From Anaeromyxobacteraceae bacterium (lineage in GTDB: Bacteria > Myxococcota > Myxococcia > Myxococcales > Anaeromyxobacteraceae): DNA of 64,000 nt. Where the stretch lies: positions 1,504,001 to 1,568,000 of the forward strand of contig JASGHJ010000001.1 of the NCBI GenBank assembly GCA_047602405.1. Direction: 5' to 3'. The translations under genes and the position numbers were made by a program. Positions within the stretch are counted from its first letter, which is position 1. Each line of letters opens with the position of its first letter. The notes beneath the pieces are model-generated. The model searched no databases. It had not been told where the DNA came from and worked only from the letters and a program-made list of their open reading frames with translations. Of the stretch, positions 10,179 through 19,248 are shown in pieces.

Positions 10179-13100
10179 CCGCCCCCTGCGTCCTCGTCCT
10201 CGCCGCAAGCCTGGGCCTCGTCGCCTGCGCCGGCCCCCGCGGCGCCGGCGCGCCTCCGGGCGAGGTCACGCCCGGCGACCGCGCCGCCCGCCCGATCGCG
10301 GGCCGCCTCGTCCTCGAGAACGAGGCCGAGAAGGCGACCCTCGCCGCCCGCGAGGCGCTCGTCCGCCGCCACCCCGACGCCTGGAGCCTCGTCGGCGCCG
10401 CGCTCCTCGACCGGCGCGGCCTCGACGCCGCCGCCGAGATCAAGCACCTCGCCGCCGCGGTCGCGGAGGCGCCCGAGGCGCCGGTGGCGCTCGTCGCGCT
10501 CCGCCGCCTCTCCGAGCTCGCCGAGACCTCGCCCGACCGCGCGCGCGACGTGGAGGCCGCGGTCGCGCCGCTCCAGCCCCGGCTGCACGGGCTCGCGGCC
10601 TACCGCGGCCGCGTCGCGCGGGTGACCGCCGCCGAGGTGCTCGGCGACCACGCCCGCTCCGCCGCGCTGCGCCTCGAGAACGGCGCCATCCGGGGCTGGG
10701 CGCTGTCGGGCCCCTACGGCCTGCACGCCGCGATGGACTTCGAGACCGCCTTCGCCCCGGAGCGCGGCGAGCTCCCGCGGAGCCTCCCCGGCCCGCTCGG
10801 CCTCCCGCCGCGCGAGACCCGCCCGCTGCCCGCGCCCGACGGGACCATCTCCATCGAGGGCGAGCCCGCCGACGGCGACGTGTTCTACCTCGCCGCCGAC
10901 CTCGTGGCCGAGCGCGGTGGGCTCTACATCGCGACCTTCGGCACGCAGATGTCGGTGCGGGCCTGGCTCGACGGCGTGCCCATGCTGGAGCGGCGCGCGT
11001 GGACCGGCCACCTCCCCACCATCGCGCACGTGCCGGTGAACCTCACGCCGGGCGCGCACCGGCTCGTCGTGAAGGTGGCGCACGGTGATCGCCGCGGCGG
11101 GCTGCACGCCGCCTTCGCCCGCGAGGACGGCGCGCCCTCCGACGTGCGCGGCGCCGCGTCCGCGCCCGGCCCGGTGCCCGCCGTGGTGGCCCGCGCCGTG
11201 CCCGCGCCGCTCTTCAGCGCACGCGACATGGTCCGGCTCCTCGAGCCGGCCGCCGGCGCGGCGCTCGCCCGGCTGTTCGCCGGCCACGAGGTGGTCTCGA
11301 ACGACCGCGAGTCGGCGAAGGCCCTCCTCGCGGAGGCGCTCGCGCTCGCGCCGGCATCCGCGGCGATCCGCGCCGCCCGGGCCGACGCGCTCGACGGCGA
11401 CCCCAGCCTCGACGAGGCGGCCGCGCGGGCGCGCGTGGAGTCGGACCTGCGCGAGGCGCTCCGGCGCGACCCCGGGAACGCCGAGGCGATGGTGGACCTC
11501 GCCACGCTCCTCGTCCGCGCGGAGCGGCTCGACGACGCCGACGCCGTGCTCGCGAGGCTCCCCGCCGCCGCGGCGGCCCGCCCGGCCGGGCTCGAGGCCC
11601 GTGCCCGCGCCGCCGAGGCGCGCGGCCTCTCCGAGCGCGCGGAGGCGCTGCTCGCCCAGGCGGGCGCCGGCGCGACCTGCGGCGCCATCGACCTCGCCTA
11701 CAACCTCGCCGGCCGCCGCCGCGCGATCTCGCGCGAGGACGAGCTCGCGGCGCTCCGGGCGACCTGCCGCGGCGGGCGCGAGCGGCTCGCGCACCACCTC
11801 CGCCAGCGGGGCGACGCGTCCGGCGCCGAGCGCGCGCTCCGCCCGACCGTCGAGGCGAGGCCCTGGGATCTCGAGCCCGGGCTCGCCCGCGCCGCCGCGC
11901 TCGTGGCGGCCGGCGACGCGAAGGGTGCCGCGGCCGCGGTGGAGGCGCTGCTCGCCATCTGGCCGCGCTCCGCGCGCCTGTGGGTGAAGCTCGGCGAGCT
12001 CCGGCAGCTCGCCGGGGACGCGCGGGGCGGGCGGGCCGCGCGCGAGCGGGCGCTCGTCCTCGACGGCGCGGACCTCGCGGTCCGGCGCGCGCTCGCGGCC
12101 GAGGACGGGAAGGAGCTCCTCTCCGACCTCGCCGAGGACGGTGACGCCGCGCTCCGCGCCTACGCCGCGGGCGCCCGGCGCACCGACGCCTCCTCGGCGA
12201 TGGTGCTCGACGCCGCCGCCGTGGAGCTCCACCCCGGCGGCTTCGCCACCGAGCGGACCCACCAGATCATCCACGTGCTCGACCAGAAGGGCGTCGAGCA
12301 GTTCGGCGAGGTCACGGTGCCGGCCGGCGCGGACGTGCTCGTGCTGCGCACCGTGAAGGCCGACGGCCGCAAGCTCGAGCCCGAGCGCGCGGGCGCGGCG
12401 AAGGGCTCGGTGTCGCTCGCGGGGCTCGAGCCCGGCGACTTCGTGGAGACCGAGTGGCTGAAGGCCGAGCGCGGCACCGCCGCTGGCTACGCGGCCGACC
12501 CGTTCTTCTTCCAGGTCGCCGGCACCCGCCTCGCGCGGTCGGTGTACGCGGTGGCCGCCCCCGCGGGGCTCGGGCTCGCGGTGGACGCCCACGGCATGCC
12601 CGCGCCGCCCGTCGAGCGGGTCGGCGACCGCGACGTCCTGCGCGCGGAGGCCCGCGACGTGGCCGCCTTCCAGCTCGAGCCGGGCGCGACGGCGTCGACC
12701 GAATACCTCCCGTTCCTGCAGGCCGGCGTCGGGGCCGGGCGGGACGCGCTCATGCTCGGCCTCGCCGAGGCGATGAGCGACAACGCGCGCTCCACCGTGG
12801 AGCTCGCCGCGTTCGCGCGCGAGGTGCGCGCCGCCGCCGGCGGGTCCGGCGCGCCGCTGGCAGCGCTCGTCAGGACCGCGTACGCGCGGGTCGCGAAGGC
12901 GGTGAACGGGCAGGGGGGCGGGCTCGGCGACGACGCGAGCCAGGTGCTCTCGCGCGGCCGGGGCAGCCGGCTCGTGCTGCTCCTCGGCGTGCTGAAGGAG
13001 CTCGGCGTGCCCGCGCGGCTCGCGGTCGTGAAGCCCTTCGGCTCCGACGAGGCGCCCTACCGGTTCCCGTCCTTCGCGCTCTACGGCCAGCCGGTGCTGA

Positions 13101-13927
13101 AGGTCGAGGCGGGCGGCGAGACCTTCTGGCTCGAGCCGTCGAGCCGGCTCGCGCCGTTCGGCGCGCTCTCCGCCGCCGCCCGCGACGTGCCGGCGGTGCT
13201 CCTCCCCGGGCCGGGCGAGCCGGTCAAGGAGGTGCGGACGCCGGCGGGTGCGCCCGACGCCGAGCGCCGCGACCTCGAGGTGCGGATCGCGCTCGAGGCG
13301 AGCGGGTCCGCCCGGCTCTCCGGCGCCGACACCTACCGCGGCATGCTCGGCGCCGGCGTGAAGGCCGCGCTCGAGCGGCTCGACGCGCGGGCGCGGCGCC
13401 AGGCGGTCGAGGCGATGCTCGCGCGGAGCTTCCGCGGCATCGAGCTCGAGGAGGTCACGTTCTCCGGTGAGGACGACCCCGACGCGCCGCTCGTCATCCG
13501 CTGGAAGGGCCAGGCGCGCGACGCCGCGCGCGCGCTCGCGCAGGGGTTCGCGCTCGACGGCACGCCGTTCGCGGCGCGGCTGGGGGCGCGCTTCGTCCAG
13601 CTCGCGGCGCGGCGCACGCCGCTGCTCGTCGGCGCGGAGGAGCGCACCCGGCTGCGGCTGGAGGTGGTCCCACCACCTGGGTACGTCGCCGGCGCGCAGG
13701 CCGAGGAGTCGGTCGCCACCCCGTTCGGCACGTACTCGCGGCGCGATCGGACCGCGGAGGGCGGTGCGCTCGTGCGCGAGGAGGACCTCGTGCTGGCTCG
13801 CGCGCGGGTGGCGCCCGGCGACTACGCCGCGTTCGCGCGCTTCGCGAGCGCGGTCGACGCCGCGCAGGAGCGCCCGGTGATCGTGACGACCCGGGGTGAG
13901 TCGTCACCCTCGATCCCGCGGTCCTGA
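10175..13927 (+). CDS. TPR + DUF3857-like lipoprotein, partner of the upstream gene
   Basis: GTG start overlaps the upstream TGA; lipobox-like LVAC; TPR-like repeats; GLEPGDFVE motif; same architecture as the upstream gene but no GDC cysteine. Confidence 0.72.
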   Translation: MTAPCVLVLAASLGLVACAGPRGAGAPPGEVTPGDRAARPIAGRLVLENEAEKATLAAREALVRRHPDAWSLVGAALLDRRGLDAAAEIKHLAAAVAEAPEAPVALVALRRLSELAETSPDRARDVEAAVAPLQPRLHGLAAYRGRVARVTAAEVLGDHARSAALRLENGAIRGWALSGPYGLHAAMDFETAFAPERGELPRSLPGPLGLPPRETRPLPAPDGTISIEGEPADGDVFYLAADLVAERGGLYIATFGTQMSVRAWLDGVPMLERRAWTGHLPTIAHVPVNLTPGAHRLVVKVAHGDRRGGLHAAFAREDGAPSDVRGAASAPGPVPAVVARAVPAPLFSARDMVRLLEPAAGAALARLFAGHEVVSNDRESAKALLAEALALAPASAAIRAARADALDGDPSLDEAAARARVESDLREALRRDPGNAEAMVDLATLLVRAERLDDADAVLARLPAAAAARPAGLEARARAAEARGLSERAEALLAQAGAGATCGAIDLAYNLAGRRRAISREDELAALRATCRGGRERLAHHLRQRGDASGAERALRPTVEARPWDLEPGLARAAALVAAGDAKGAAAAVEALLAIWPRSARLWVKLGELRQLAGDARGGRAARERALVLDGADLAVRRALAAEDGKELLSDLAEDGDAALRAYAAGARRTDASSAMVLDAAAVELHPGGFATERTHQIIHVLDQKGVEQFGEVTVPAGADVLVLRTVKADGRKLEPERAGAAKGSVSLAGLEPGDFVETEWLKAERGTAAGYAADPFFFQVAGTRLARSVYAVAAPAGLGLAVDAHGMPAPPVERVGDRDVLRAEARDVAAFQLEPGATASTEYLPFLQAGVGAGRDALMLGLAEAMSDNARSTVELAAFAREVRAAAGGSGAPLAALVRTAYARVAKAVNGQGGGLGDDASQVLSRGRGSRLVLLLGVLKELGVPARLAVVKPFGSDEAPYRFPSFALYGQPVLKVEAGGETFWLEPSSRLAPFGALSAAARDVPAVLLPGPGEPVKEVRTPAGAPDAERRDLEVRIALEASGSARLSGADTYRGMLGAGVKAALERLDARARRQAVEAMLARSFRGIELEEVTFSGEDDPDAPLVIRWKGQARDAARALAQGFALDGTPFAARLGARFVQLAARRTPLLVGAEERTRLRLEVVPPPGYVAGAQAEESVATPFGTYSRRDRTAEGGALVREEDLVLARARVAPGDYAAFARFASAVDAAQERPVIVTTRGESSPSIPRS

Positions 13928-13986
13928 GGGTCCTCGAAGATCGAGTGATCTCGGGCGAGAAGGCGTCTGGGCCGGCTCCGGCGGGC

Positions 13987-14002
13987 GGGCACGCCTGCTG
14001 CA
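13987..14002 (+). promoter_or_regulatory. Putative sigma54 (-24/-12) promoter
   Basis: GGGCACGCCTGCTGCA: GG-N10-GC with GGCACG core, close to the TGGCACG-N4-TTGC consensus. Confidence 0.55.
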
Positions 14003-14012
14003 AAAGAGCGTT

Positions 14013-14237
14013 CCCGTGCGTAGCGTCGTCCGGCTCCTGGAGGGAATCCTGCAGATCGCCCTGCGTGCGACTTGCTTCCCCCGTTCCCTCCTGGCGGCCG
14101 TACCCGTTCGCGTCGATCGCGGGCTCCCCTCCCGCGCACACCGGCGCATCGGGTAGTCCCCCGGCGCGAAGCACCGGCCTCTCACCCCCTGGAGAGACCG
14201 AAGGCGGTCGTCCCCCCTGGCGACCGCCTTCTTTTTT
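14013..14237 (+). ncRNA. Candidate structured small RNA (or small-ORF mRNA with structured 3' end)
   Basis: Bounded by the sigma54-like promoter and an intrinsic terminator; consecutive hairpins with loops ACCCCCUG and UCCCCCCUGG. Confidence 0.4.
14200..14237 (+). terminator. Intrinsic terminator
   Basis: GAAGGCGGTCG / CGACCGCCTTC 11-bp stem followed by T6. Confidence 0.8.
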
Positions 14238-14366
14238 GCCCTCCATCTTGACTCTCCGTTCGGGTACCGGGCCGACGCCGCGGCCCGAGGCCCGTTCGCG
14301 AGGCGTTCATCGGCCGCGTGGTCTCCTCCGGACCGTCTCATCCCCCCGGTCCCGAAGGAGCCCCAC

Positions 14367-15422
14367 ATGAACGCCCTCGTCCTCGCCCTCGCGGTCGCCG
14401 CGTCCCCCGCGGCGGACGCTGCACTCGCCGCTGCACACGCCGCCGATCCCGTCCTCCACGAGGCCCGCGACACCTTCCAGCCCCTCCCGGCGGCGCCCCC
14501 GCCCGCCGCGCCCGGGCGCATCGAGCTCGGGAAGGCGCTCTACTTCGATCCGCGCCTGTCGGCGTCCCAGCTCATCAGCTGCAACACCTGCCACAACGTC
14601 GGGCTCGGCGGCGCCGACCTGCAGGCGACGTCCGTCGGGCACGGCTGGCAGCGGGGCCTGCGCAACGCGCCCACCGTGCTGAACGCGGTCCACAACGCCG
14701 CGCAGTTCTGGGACGGCCGCGCGGCGGATCTCGCCGAGCAGGCGAAGGGGCCGATGCAGGCCCCCGTCGAGATGGCGAACCCGCCCGCCCGCGTGCTCTC
14801 GACGCTCCGGAGCATCCCCGGGTACCCGCCGCTGTTCGCGCGCGCGTTCCCCGGCGAGAAGGACCCCGTGACGCTCGACAACGTCGCGGCCGCGATCGCC
14901 GCGTTCGAGGCGACGCTCGTGACGCCCCGCGCGCCGTTCGACCGCTGGCTCTCCGGCGAGGCGGAGGCGATCTCGGGCGAGGCGAAGGCCGGCGCGCGGC
15001 TCTTCATGGAGAAGGGCTGCGCGACCTGCCACGGCGGCGCCGGCGTGGGCGGCTCCGGCTACTGGACGTTCGGGCTCGTCGAGGCGCCGCCGGAGGCGGT
15101 GCGTCCCGCCGCGGACGTGGGCCGCATGAAGGTCACGAACGACCGGGCGGATGCGTACGCCTTCCGCACGCCGAGCCTGCGCAACGTCGCGCTCACCGCG
15201 CCGTACTTCCACTCCGGCGCGGCCTGGACGCTCGAGGAGGCGGTCGCGATCATGGCGACCGCGCAGACCGGCACGAGGCTCGAGCCGGGCGAGGTCGCGA
15301 AGATCGCCGCGTTCCTGCGCACGCTCACCGGCGAGCAGCCCCAGGTCTCGCACCCGGTGCTGCCGCGGAGCGGCGCGGGCACGCCGAGGCCCGCGCTCGC
15401 GGTCACGGTGGCGGAGCGCTGA
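14367..15422 (+). CDS. Diheme cytochrome c peroxidase (CcpA/MauG family), copy 1
   Basis: Signal peptide, LGKALYFDPRLS, CNTCH and CATCH heme motifs, QFWDGRA, TAPYFHSG; GGAG RBS. Confidence 0.92.
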   Translation: MNALVLALAVAASPAADAALAAAHAADPVLHEARDTFQPLPAAPPPAAPGRIELGKALYFDPRLSASQLISCNTCHNVGLGGADLQATSVGHGWQRGLRNAPTVLNAVHNAAQFWDGRAADLAEQAKGPMQAPVEMANPPARVLSTLRSIPGYPPLFARAFPGEKDPVTLDNVAAAIAAFEATLVTPRAPFDRWLSGEAEAISGEAKAGARLFMEKGCATCHGGAGVGGSGYWTFGLVEAPPEAVRPAADVGRMKVTNDRADAYAFRTPSLRNVALTAPYFHSGAAWTLEEAVAIMATAQTGTRLEPGEVAKIAAFLRTLTGEQPQVSHPVLPRSGAGTPRPALAVTVAER

Positions 15423-15569
15423 AGGCAGGGGCGTGGCGCGCGGACGCGGGCGGGCGCCGCGTCGACGGATCGTCCGGGCGCGGCGGGGCTGCGACCACCT
15501 GCCGCTCCCGGCCCGGCCTCCTCCGCAACAAGAATCGGGCTCCCAACCCCGAACCGGAGGACACCTCGG

Positions 15570-16637
15570 ATGATGCTCACCCTCGCCCTCGCCCTCGCCC
15601 TCGGCGCGGGCCCCGCCCCCGCCGGCCACGCGGCCGACGCTGCGCTGCAGAACGCCGTGCTGAAGGACGCCCGCTCCACCTTCCAAGTGCTGCCCGCGAA
15701 GGCCCCCGCCCTCGCGAAGAACCCGGCCTCCCCCGCCGCGATCGAGCTCGGGAAGGCCCTCTACTTCGATCCGCGCCTGTCGGCCTCCCAGCTCATCAGC
15801 TGCAACACGTGCCACAACGTGGGCCTCGGCGGCGCCGACCTGCAGGCGACCTCGGTCGGCCACGGCTGGCAGAAGGGCCCGCGCAACGCCCCCACCGTGC
15901 TGAACGCGGTCCACAACGGCGCGCAGTTCTGGGACGGCCGCGCGGCCGACCTGGCGGAGCAGGCGAAGGGCCCGATGCAGGCGTCGGTGGAGATGGCGAA
16001 CCGGCCCGAGCAGGTCGTCGCCACGCTGAAGAGCATCCCGGGCTACGCGCCGATGTTCCAGAGCGCGTTCCCCGGCGCGAAGGACCCGATCACCTTCGAC
16101 AACGTCGCGAAGGCGATCGAGCTCTTCGAGGCGACGCTCGTCACGCCCGGCGCGCCGTTCGACCGCTGGCTCGCGGGCGACGCGAAGGCGCTCCCGGCCG
16201 AGGCGAAGGCCGGCGCGAAGGTGTTCATGGACAGGGGCTGCGCCGCGTGCCACGGCGGCGTGAACGTGGGCGGCTCGGGCTACTACACCTTCGGCGCCGC
16301 CGAGGCGCCGTCGGTCGCGGTCCGGCCGGCGGCCGACGTGGGCCGCATGAAGGTGACGAACGACAAGGCGGACGAGTACGGCTTCCGCTCGCCGACGCTC
16401 CGCAACGTCGAGCTCACGGCGCCGTACTTCCACTCCGGCGCGGTCTGGAGCCTCGACGAGGCCGTCGCGATCATGGCGAAGAGCCAGCTCGGCCAGGACC
16501 TCCCGCCCGCCGAGGTCGCGCAGGTCTCGGCGTTCCTCCGGGCGCTCACCGGCAAGCAGCCGGTGGTGCCGTACCCGGTCCTGCCGCCGGGTGGCCCGGC
16601 GACGCCGAAGCCGGTGCTGACGGTGCAGCCGGGTTAG
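15570..16637 (+). CDS. Diheme cytochrome c peroxidase (CcpA/MauG family), copy 2
   Basis: Same motifs (CNTCH, CAACH, QFWDGRA); GGAGG RBS; tandem paralogue of copy 1. Confidence 0.92.
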   Translation: MMLTLALALALGAGPAPAGHAADAALQNAVLKDARSTFQVLPAKAPALAKNPASPAAIELGKALYFDPRLSASQLISCNTCHNVGLGGADLQATSVGHGWQKGPRNAPTVLNAVHNGAQFWDGRAADLAEQAKGPMQASVEMANRPEQVVATLKSIPGYAPMFQSAFPGAKDPITFDNVAKAIELFEATLVTPGAPFDRWLAGDAKALPAEAKAGAKVFMDRGCAACHGGVNVGGSGYYTFGAAEAPSVAVRPAADVGRMKVTNDKADEYGFRSPTLRNVELTAPYFHSGAVWSLDEAVAIMAKSQLGQDLPPAEVAQVSAFLRALTGKQPVVPYPVLPPGGPATPKPVLTVQPG

Positions 16638-16640
16638 CTC

Positions 16641-18083
16641 CAATGCCGCTCACTTAAGCCCTCGGCGTTTCCGGGGGTAGTTGCTCATCTTGATCTTCAC
16701 GGCCCTCGGGTAGGACCGCAGCCGTCGCTTCGGCAGGATGAAGTGCACGACGTCTTCCCGGAGGCGGCGGAGGTGCTCCGGGATGCGTCCCGCGCTCTCT
16801 AGGGAGAGCGTTAGGAGGGCGTGCTCGATGTACATGAGCGCGTTCTTGAAGCTGACGCGGTCGGGCGTGACGCCGGCGTCCTCGGCCATGCGCTCCATCT
16901 CGAGCCGGACGAGGTTGTACGCGAGGGCGAGGCCCCAGAGCTCCTGGGAGACGCCGCGAGGAGTCCTGCTGCGCGTCGTCTCCTCGCGGTCGAGCATGAC
17001 AGTCTTGACCTCGTCGTAGCCGAGCTCGATCTCCCAGCGCTCGTGGTAGAGCGCGACGATCTCGGCCGCCGGGTAAACCTCCGGGTCCGTCATCGACGTC
17101 AGCAGGGTCTGAGGCTTGAAGCCCTTCCGCTGATAGCGGATCGCCCGCATCTCCCAGCGCTCGGGGAGGTCAGGGTTCTCTCGGCGGGCGTCCCGGTGGA
17201 CGGTCTTCTCGACGAGCCAGTCGCCGCGCCCGAGCGAGCGGACTACCTTCCAGGCCGTGTCGCTCTTCGCGCGGATGAGCCAGTGCCTTCGATGCCCGTG
17301 GCTCGCAATGCCGATGAGCAGCGCCGACGAGAGGAAGTTGCGATCCACGATGCACAGCGACTCGTCCGGCACGAGCGGCCACAACTCCCTGGCGAGAGCG
17401 ATCTCGCTGCCCGACTGTGGACCGAAGCGGGCCGCCGCCAGCAGGTGCGAGCGGAGGGCCATCAGCGTGACGAGGCGTGCCATCGGATACGCGCTCTCGC
17501 CTCGGGAGCTCACGGCGTAGCCGAAATGATCGCGGTTCGCTTCGGAGTCCGGGAGACGGACGGTCGTGCCGTCCACGCCGTAGACGGCGAGCCCGCGCCA
17601 CGCGTGCCGGCGCGCACTCTCGTGCGCCCACTTTTCGGCGCTGCGTTCGAACAGCCAGCGGATGGGCTCGCTGCCCAGCCGCTCGCGCGCCTGGGTCACC
17701 GAACTCGAGGCCGCGCGCGGGCGCCGCCCCGGTAGCGCGAGATCGAGCTCCGCGACGATCTCGGCGATGGGCTTGTTACGGTAGATGCCCATCCCGAGCA
17801 CGAGCCAGACGACCTGCTCGGCTGGAAGGCGGCGCCGGCGGATGGTGGCCGTCCCGGTGGCCTGAAGGGCTTCCTCGATCCATTCGGGATCGAGGCTCGC
17901 CTGGAACCTATCCAGCAACTCGCCCGAGCTGTCCTCTTGGGCGGAAACGGGGCGACGCGGCATGGGATCGCCCTCCGGGCGATCGCCGCATCATGATCTC
18001 CTGGATCGCCGCGGCAACTCTGCTGCCCCGGCCTCCAAAATCCCCATCGGTCTCGATCGGTTGGCGCTAACCGATCGGCATTG
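16641..18083 (-). mobile_element. IS4-family insertion sequence, 1443 bp
   Basis: Imperfect terminal IRs CAATGCCGCTCACTTA / CAATGCCGATCGGTTA (13 of 16 match; resemble E. coli IS4 ends); 10-bp direct repeat GGGTTAGCTC at 16631-16640 and 18084-18093. Confidence 0.93.
16650..17963 (-). CDS. IS4-family DDE transposase
   Basis: RRRRLPAEQVVWLV N-terminal motif, GVDGT, IVDRNF, YHERWEIELGYDEVK (YREK signature). Confidence 0.95.
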   Translation of the reverse strand: MPRRPVSAQEDSSGELLDRFQASLDPEWIEEALQATGTATIRRRRLPAEQVVWLVLGMGIYRNKPIAEIVAELDLALPGRRPRAASSSVTQARERLGSEPIRWLFERSAEKWAHESARRHAWRGLAVYGVDGTTVRLPDSEANRDHFGYAVSSRGESAYPMARLVTLMALRSHLLAAARFGPQSGSEIALARELWPLVPDESLCIVDRNFLSSALLIGIASHGHRRHWLIRAKSDTAWKVVRSLGRGDWLVEKTVHRDARRENPDLPERWEMRAIRYQRKGFKPQTLLTSMTDPEVYPAAEIVALYHERWEIELGYDEVKTVMLDREETTRSRTPRGVSQELWGLALAYNLVRLEMERMAEDAGVTPDRVSFKNALMYIEHALLTLSLESAGRIPEHLRRLREDVVHFILPKRRLRSYPRAVKIKMSNYPRKRRGLK

Positions 18084-18086
18084 GGG

Positions 18087-18704
18087 TTAGCTCGGCGCGC
18101 CCGCCGGCGGCAGCTCGGCGACGAAGCTCACCTTCGCGAACCCGAGCCCCAGGAGGAGGCCCCGGATCGCCCGCTCCGCCGAGGCGCGGGCCCTCTCCTG
18201 GAGCGCGCGGTCGCGGCCCACCTCCTCCTCGAACGCGCGCTTCGCGAGCTCGAGGAGGCGGGCGGTCTCGGCGGAGTCGAGGTTCGAGCCGAGGACCTCG
18301 GTGTCGCCCGGCCGGAGCTCGACCCGCACCGCCGCCGGCGGGAGCACCACGAACACCTCGCGGCCGGCGACGCGCAGCGCCGAGCCGTCGAGCCGCGAGA
18401 GATCGAGCCCGACGCTCGCGTCGGCGAAGACGATCGCGCGGCCGCGGGGCGCGTTCAGCGAGTAGCGCACCCACCCCGCGACGTCCTCGGCGAGGGTCCT
18501 CCCCGCCTCCGGCTCCGGCGCGAACGAGATCTTCTTCCAGAGCCGGACGTCGAGCGTCTCGAGCCGGGCGACCTCGCGGACGGCGACGACGACCGCCGGC
18601 GGGTCGGGGAGGGCGGTCGCGTTCGAGCGGCCGAGGCGCAACACGAGCCCGACGCCCACGCCGATGGCGAGGCCGAAGAGGACGAGGAGGACGAGGCGGC
18701 GCAT
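18087..18704 (-). CDS. DUF4230-like membrane-anchored protein
   Basis: N-terminal TM helix; VREVARLET, GLDLSRL, LPPA and ARASAERAIRGLL-LGF patterns typical of DUF4230. Confidence 0.65.
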   Translation of the reverse strand: MRRLVLLVLFGLAIGVGVGLVLRLGRSNATALPDPPAVVVAVREVARLETLDVRLWKKISFAPEPEAGRTLAEDVAGWVRYSLNAPRGRAIVFADASVGLDLSRLDGSALRVAGREVFVVLPPAAVRVELRPGDTEVLGSNLDSAETARLLELAKRAFEEEVGRDRALQERARASAERAIRGLLLGLGFAKVSFVAELPPAGAPS

Positions 18705-18707
18705 GTG

Positions 18708-19202
18708 TCAGCTCTTCCGCTTCCTCGCGGACGTCGGCTTCTTCCGCGGCGCCGCCCGCTTCGGTGCGGGCTTCCTCTTCACGGCCGTCTTCTTCGCGGC
18801 ATTCTTCTTCCCGGCCGGGGCATTCTCCTTCGCCTTCCGCCGCTCCGCCTTCGCGCGCGCGGCGGCGTCCTTCGCCGCCTTCTTGCGGAGCGCCGCGGCG
18901 AGCCCGAGCTCCGCCCACGGCCGCATCGCCTCCGGGTCCTCGTGCGCCCCGTCGGGCGGCCGCCAGTAGCTCGTCTCCTCCATGCCGGCCCCGGGGTAGA
19001 CCCACATCCTGCAGCCCGCGTCGACGAACGTCGGCCGCGAGAGCTCGTCGGTCTTCACGAACAGCTCGTCGTCGTCGAGCAGGCCGAACATCACGCCGCG
19101 GCAGTAGACGCCGTGGCCGCCGAACATCCGCCGCGCCTGGACCGGGCCGACCGAGGAGAGGAGCTCGAGCGCGTGCTCGACGAAGGACGGGGCGTTCGCC
19201 AT
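18708..19202 (-). CDS. TfoX/Sxy N-terminal domain protein with Lys/Ala-rich tail
   Basis: ARRMFGGHGVY...MFGLLDDDELFVKTD motif. Confidence 0.85.
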   Translation of the reverse strand: MANAPSFVEHALELLSSVGPVQARRMFGGHGVYCRGVMFGLLDDDELFVKTDELSRPTFVDAGCRMWVYPGAGMEETSYWRPPDGAHEDPEAMRPWAELGLAAALRKKAAKDAAARAKAERRKAKENAPAGKKNAAKKTAVKRKPAPKRAAPRKKPTSARKRKS

Positions 19203-19248
19203 GGAGCCTCCGGCAGCGGATGCGCTGCGCCGATGGGAGACCACCAGC

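Noticed and set aside
6231..12592. Very long antisense or alternative-frame ORFs (6231-10208 -, 10094-12592 -, the 5' part of 6800-13927 +; likewise 86-3691 +, 40323-43898 -, 45117-48212 -)
   Set aside because: Shadow ORFs expected at very high GC; they overlap genes with clear motifs and translate to Arg/Gly/Pro-rich sequence without domains.
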